Origin: Phoronis australis
Lineage: Eukaryota; Animalia; Phoronida
NCBI GenBank assembly: GCA_002633005.1
Contig: NMRA01000248.1
Coordinates: forward strand, 325,846-389,845
Direction of reading: 5' to 3'
Length of the DNA: 64,000 nt
Below the pieces are notes generated by a model. The model was not told the origin of the DNA and did no database searches. It saw only the letters and a list, made by a program, of their open reading frames with translations. Made by a program: the position numbers and the translations under genes. Shown in pieces: positions 60,648-64,000 of the stretch. How positions within the stretch are numbered: the stretch's first letter is position 1; each line of letters starts with the position of its first letter.

Positions 60648-62310
60648 TTTACGTAGAAAACAATTTATTTTTGTGCTACTTATCTTCTATGGAAAATGTG
60701 AGAAAATGAATCTTCACTTGTGGATCACATTGTGTCCTAAACAAAACAAAAAATTAAAAAATTATTAACTCCTAAATTGATGAGATTTTACCATATATAT
60801 ATTTCCTTAAATGTTTTGACTTGAATGACTCTTATTTGCTTCAGTTGGTGTTTCTGTGAAAGAGCTCACTCAAGTCTTAATGGCTATGAAGCTAATGGAA
60901 CCCGGCTAAAATGTAAAACATTAATATAATCCCAGATTTTCAGAATTATTTTTCCATCAAAGGTTCCAGAAAACAAGATTTTTGCACCTCAGCACAAAAT
61001 TTAGTTTTTGGCATTTTCATTGCTACATGGCTGTTTTCTTAAAGATTTTTGAAATCTAAGCAACGTCACTGCAAATTACTATTTATTCCATCCATAAATC
61101 CAAAGTGCATTACATGAACGACTTCATTTTTAAAACTGCTGCAAACACATCTTCCTTCAAAGAAGCGAACATTAGATTCATACCACTTGTCATTATAGTC
61201 CACTAGTCATTATAAAACTGCTCTCAACTTGTCATTCTAAATCACTAGTCATTATAAAATGGCTCTCAACTTGTCATTCTAAATCACTAGTCATTATAAA
61301 ACTGCTCTCAACTTGTTCCTTATAATCATATGAAAAGTGGTTTCTAAGCTTGGTAAGACCTTACTGTTCATTATTGCTTGAGACCACGCTGGCCATATAT
61401 AATGACACGTCGTGACAAAGCAAGTTACTGTTTATTATTGCTTGAGACCACGCTGGCCATATATAATGACACGTCGTGACAAAGCAAGTTACTGTTTATT
61501 ATTGCTTGAGACCACGCTGGCCATATATAATGACACGTCNTTTACGTAGAAAACAATTTATTTTTGTGCTACTTATCTTCTATGGAAAATGTGAGAAAAT
61601 GAATCTTCACTTGTGGATCACATTGTGTCCTAAACAAAACAAAAAATTAAAAAATTATTAACTCCTAAATTGATGAGATTTTACCATATATATATTTCCT
61701 TAAATGTTTTGACTTGAATGACTCTTATTTGCTTCAGTTGGTGTTTCTGTGAAAGGGCTCACTCAAGTCTTAATGGCTATGAAGCTGATGGAACCCGGCT
61801 AAAATGTAAAACATTAATATAATCCCAGATTTTCAGAATTATTTTTCCATCAAAGGTTCCAGAAAACAAAATTTTTGCACCTCAGCACAAAATTTAGTTT
61901 TTGGCATTTTCATTGCTACATGGCTGTTTTCTTAAAGATTTTTGAAATCTAAGCAACGTCACTGCAAATTACTATTTATTCCATCCATAAATCCAAAGTG
62001 CATTACATGAATGACTTCATTTTTAAAACTGCTGCAAACCCATCTTCCTTCAAAGAAGCAAACATTAGATTCATACCACTTGTCATTATAGTCCAGTAGT
62101 CATTATAAAACTGCTCTCAACTTGTTCCTTATAATCATATGAAAAGTGGTTTCTAAGCTTGATAAGACCTTACTGTTCATTATTGCTTGAGACCACGCTG
62201 GCCATATATAATGACACGTCGTGACAAAGCAAGTTACTGTTTATTATTGCTTGAGACCACGCTGGCCATATATAATGACACGTCGTGACAAAGCAAGTTA
62301 CTGTTTGTTA
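60648..62310. repeat. Apparent tandem duplication across a 1-N gap, with ~44-bp and ~63-bp minisatellites
   Basis: 60648-61539 is repeated from 61541, with a few SNPs and a different minisatellite copy number. Confidence 0.9.
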
Positions 62311-62452
62311 CACTTTTAGGAAGAAACCAATTTCATAACTGTAAGTGGTCTAATTAAAAAAGGTATTTTTTGACAAAAAGAAGAGTATAGTGGCTGTATG
62401 CTTACATTTTTCCATAGTACAAACCTTCAAATTGAAATCATTTTGTTTTAAG

Positions 62453-63642
62453 GTTCGTCGAAGTGGAAGTATGACAACCATGTTCACACAGCTAGACTTA
62501 GAGCAGAACCGTATTACATATGCTCACACCAGTGGCGAGATTGGACCAAATTTTGTCGAAGACACGTTGACGTTTTTGGTGGCGGATAAGCCCGTTCCTA
62601 CAAGCGATGAACTGCCCGTGCGCGATGTGAAAGTAAAAGTACTTCCTGTTGACAATCAGAAACCACGCGTGGATCTCGGCACGTCCATTATTGTTCCAGA
62701 AGGGGGCAGAGGGGCGATAGCACAGGAGATGTTGGACGTGAAAGATTTAGATTCTGTTTATGAAGACATTGAGTTTGTGATCATTCGCCAGCCTAAATGG
62801 GGATATCTAGAGAACACGAAACCCAACCCCGGCTCTGAGAAAAGTAACAGGGGGAAGCGTATTGATCGTTTCAAGATGGCTGACATTGTTGACACGACTG
62901 TGAACTATGTCCAAAGTGTCCACGAGGGTGTGGAGCCCCTGACAGACAATCTTGTGTTGTACGCAACAGATGGCATAAACAGATCACCAAGAATTGTTCT
63001 GTCGATAACTATTGTGCCAGAAAATGATGAAATTCCAAAAGTCAATATGGGTAATTTAGTTGTCATAGAAGGCGGAGAAATTGTCCTTCAAGGAGGTGAA
63101 ATGTTAGATGTGAGTGACAAGGACAGACCCAGAGATCTCTTGATGGTCTCTGTGGATCGTCAACCCAGCCATGGCAATCTGAAGCTTCTTATGTACGCAC
63201 GCACTGCGGGGAACCGTGTGGAGTTACCCATTCATGACTTTGAGTTTGAGCAGTTGAAGACCGATCTGAATCTTATGTATCAGCATGACGGCTCGGAGCA
63301 TTTTGGTGACGAGTTCTCGCTTAAATTTAGTGACGGGAAACATTCAGTCATCAAAACAGTTCTGGTGAATGTGACGGCGAAGAATGATGAACGGCCATCT
63401 TTGTTAAGAAATGCTGGCTTGCGGGTAAATTTCGGTGATTCTGCCGTAATTTCTAGTCTGGTTTTGAGGTCACATGATGCCGATAATGATCGCTCGGAGG
63501 TTTACTACGTAATAGTAAGCATACCAAAGCGTGGTGTGATACAGAAATTGCGAAAAACTCCCACAGACAGGCGAGAGATTTGGGATGAGCTGGGTGTTGG
63601 TTCTAATTTCACTCAAAAAGACGTTGACATGAATTATGTCAG
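62453..63642 (+). CDS. FREM1: FREM-like exon (CSPG repeats); gene continues beyond the window
   Basis: VRRSGSMTTMFTQLDLEQNRITYAHTSGEIG...PKWGYLENTKPNPGSEKSNRG...VNYVQSVHEGVEP...YQHDGSE...NFTQKDVDMNYVR|GTTTG. Confidence 0.93.
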
Positions 63643-64000
63643 GTTTGTCATTGTTATTCATCTTTTGTTACGTCATGCTCGTTCTGTATAATAACCGTCG
63701 AAATATTTTCTCGTGAAATAATTACATCTTGTTAGCATTGAACATTTATGAATAGCTCATGAAGTTGTCTATAAAATGCAATGTCATCAGTGCAGACAGA
63801 CTTAATTTTCATTTTGCTGCTTGACTTACAGACTTTCCACAGTTCTCCACTCTGTTGAAAGTGCAAGTTAAACAAAGTTTTAGTTCTTTCAAATGTTAAA
63901 CTACCTTTTAGAATAATGCCTTACAATGCAAAGTTTGTATCGTTTTTACAATTCTTGTGATGTTGGAATTAATTTACATGTTTTCATGTTGATTTTTCCG

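Overview
AT-rich, intron-containing genomic DNA from an animal, probably a marine invertebrate (inferred from the repeat and gene content), with assembly gaps at 27598-27772 and 61540. Four host genes can be reconstructed with canonical GT-AG splice sites and consistent phases: (1) a GT10 alpha-1,3-fucosyltransferase (+) whose catalytic exon is open but whose putative transmembrane exon has a frameshift and a stop; (2) a 3-exon F-box/LRR gene, FBXL12-like (+); (3) an 8-exon FBXO32/FBXO25 atrogin-like gene (-), convergent with it; (4) the 5' part of a FREM/FRAS1-related CSPG-repeat extracellular matrix gene (+), head-to-head with the atrogin-like gene. The rest is nested, decayed mobile DNA: L1/Tx1, LOA/R1 and HERO-type LINE remnants, three Penelope-like loci (two with hammerhead-ribozyme-like 3' motifs), a Gmr1-like Gypsy remnant, solo LTRs, many MITEs, tRNA-derived repeats, and a young 2.4-kb mini LTR retroelement encoding a Gag-N/protease fusion with the catalytic Asp replaced. 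No clearly new multi-gene system is evident. All family assignments come from recalled motifs, not database searches.
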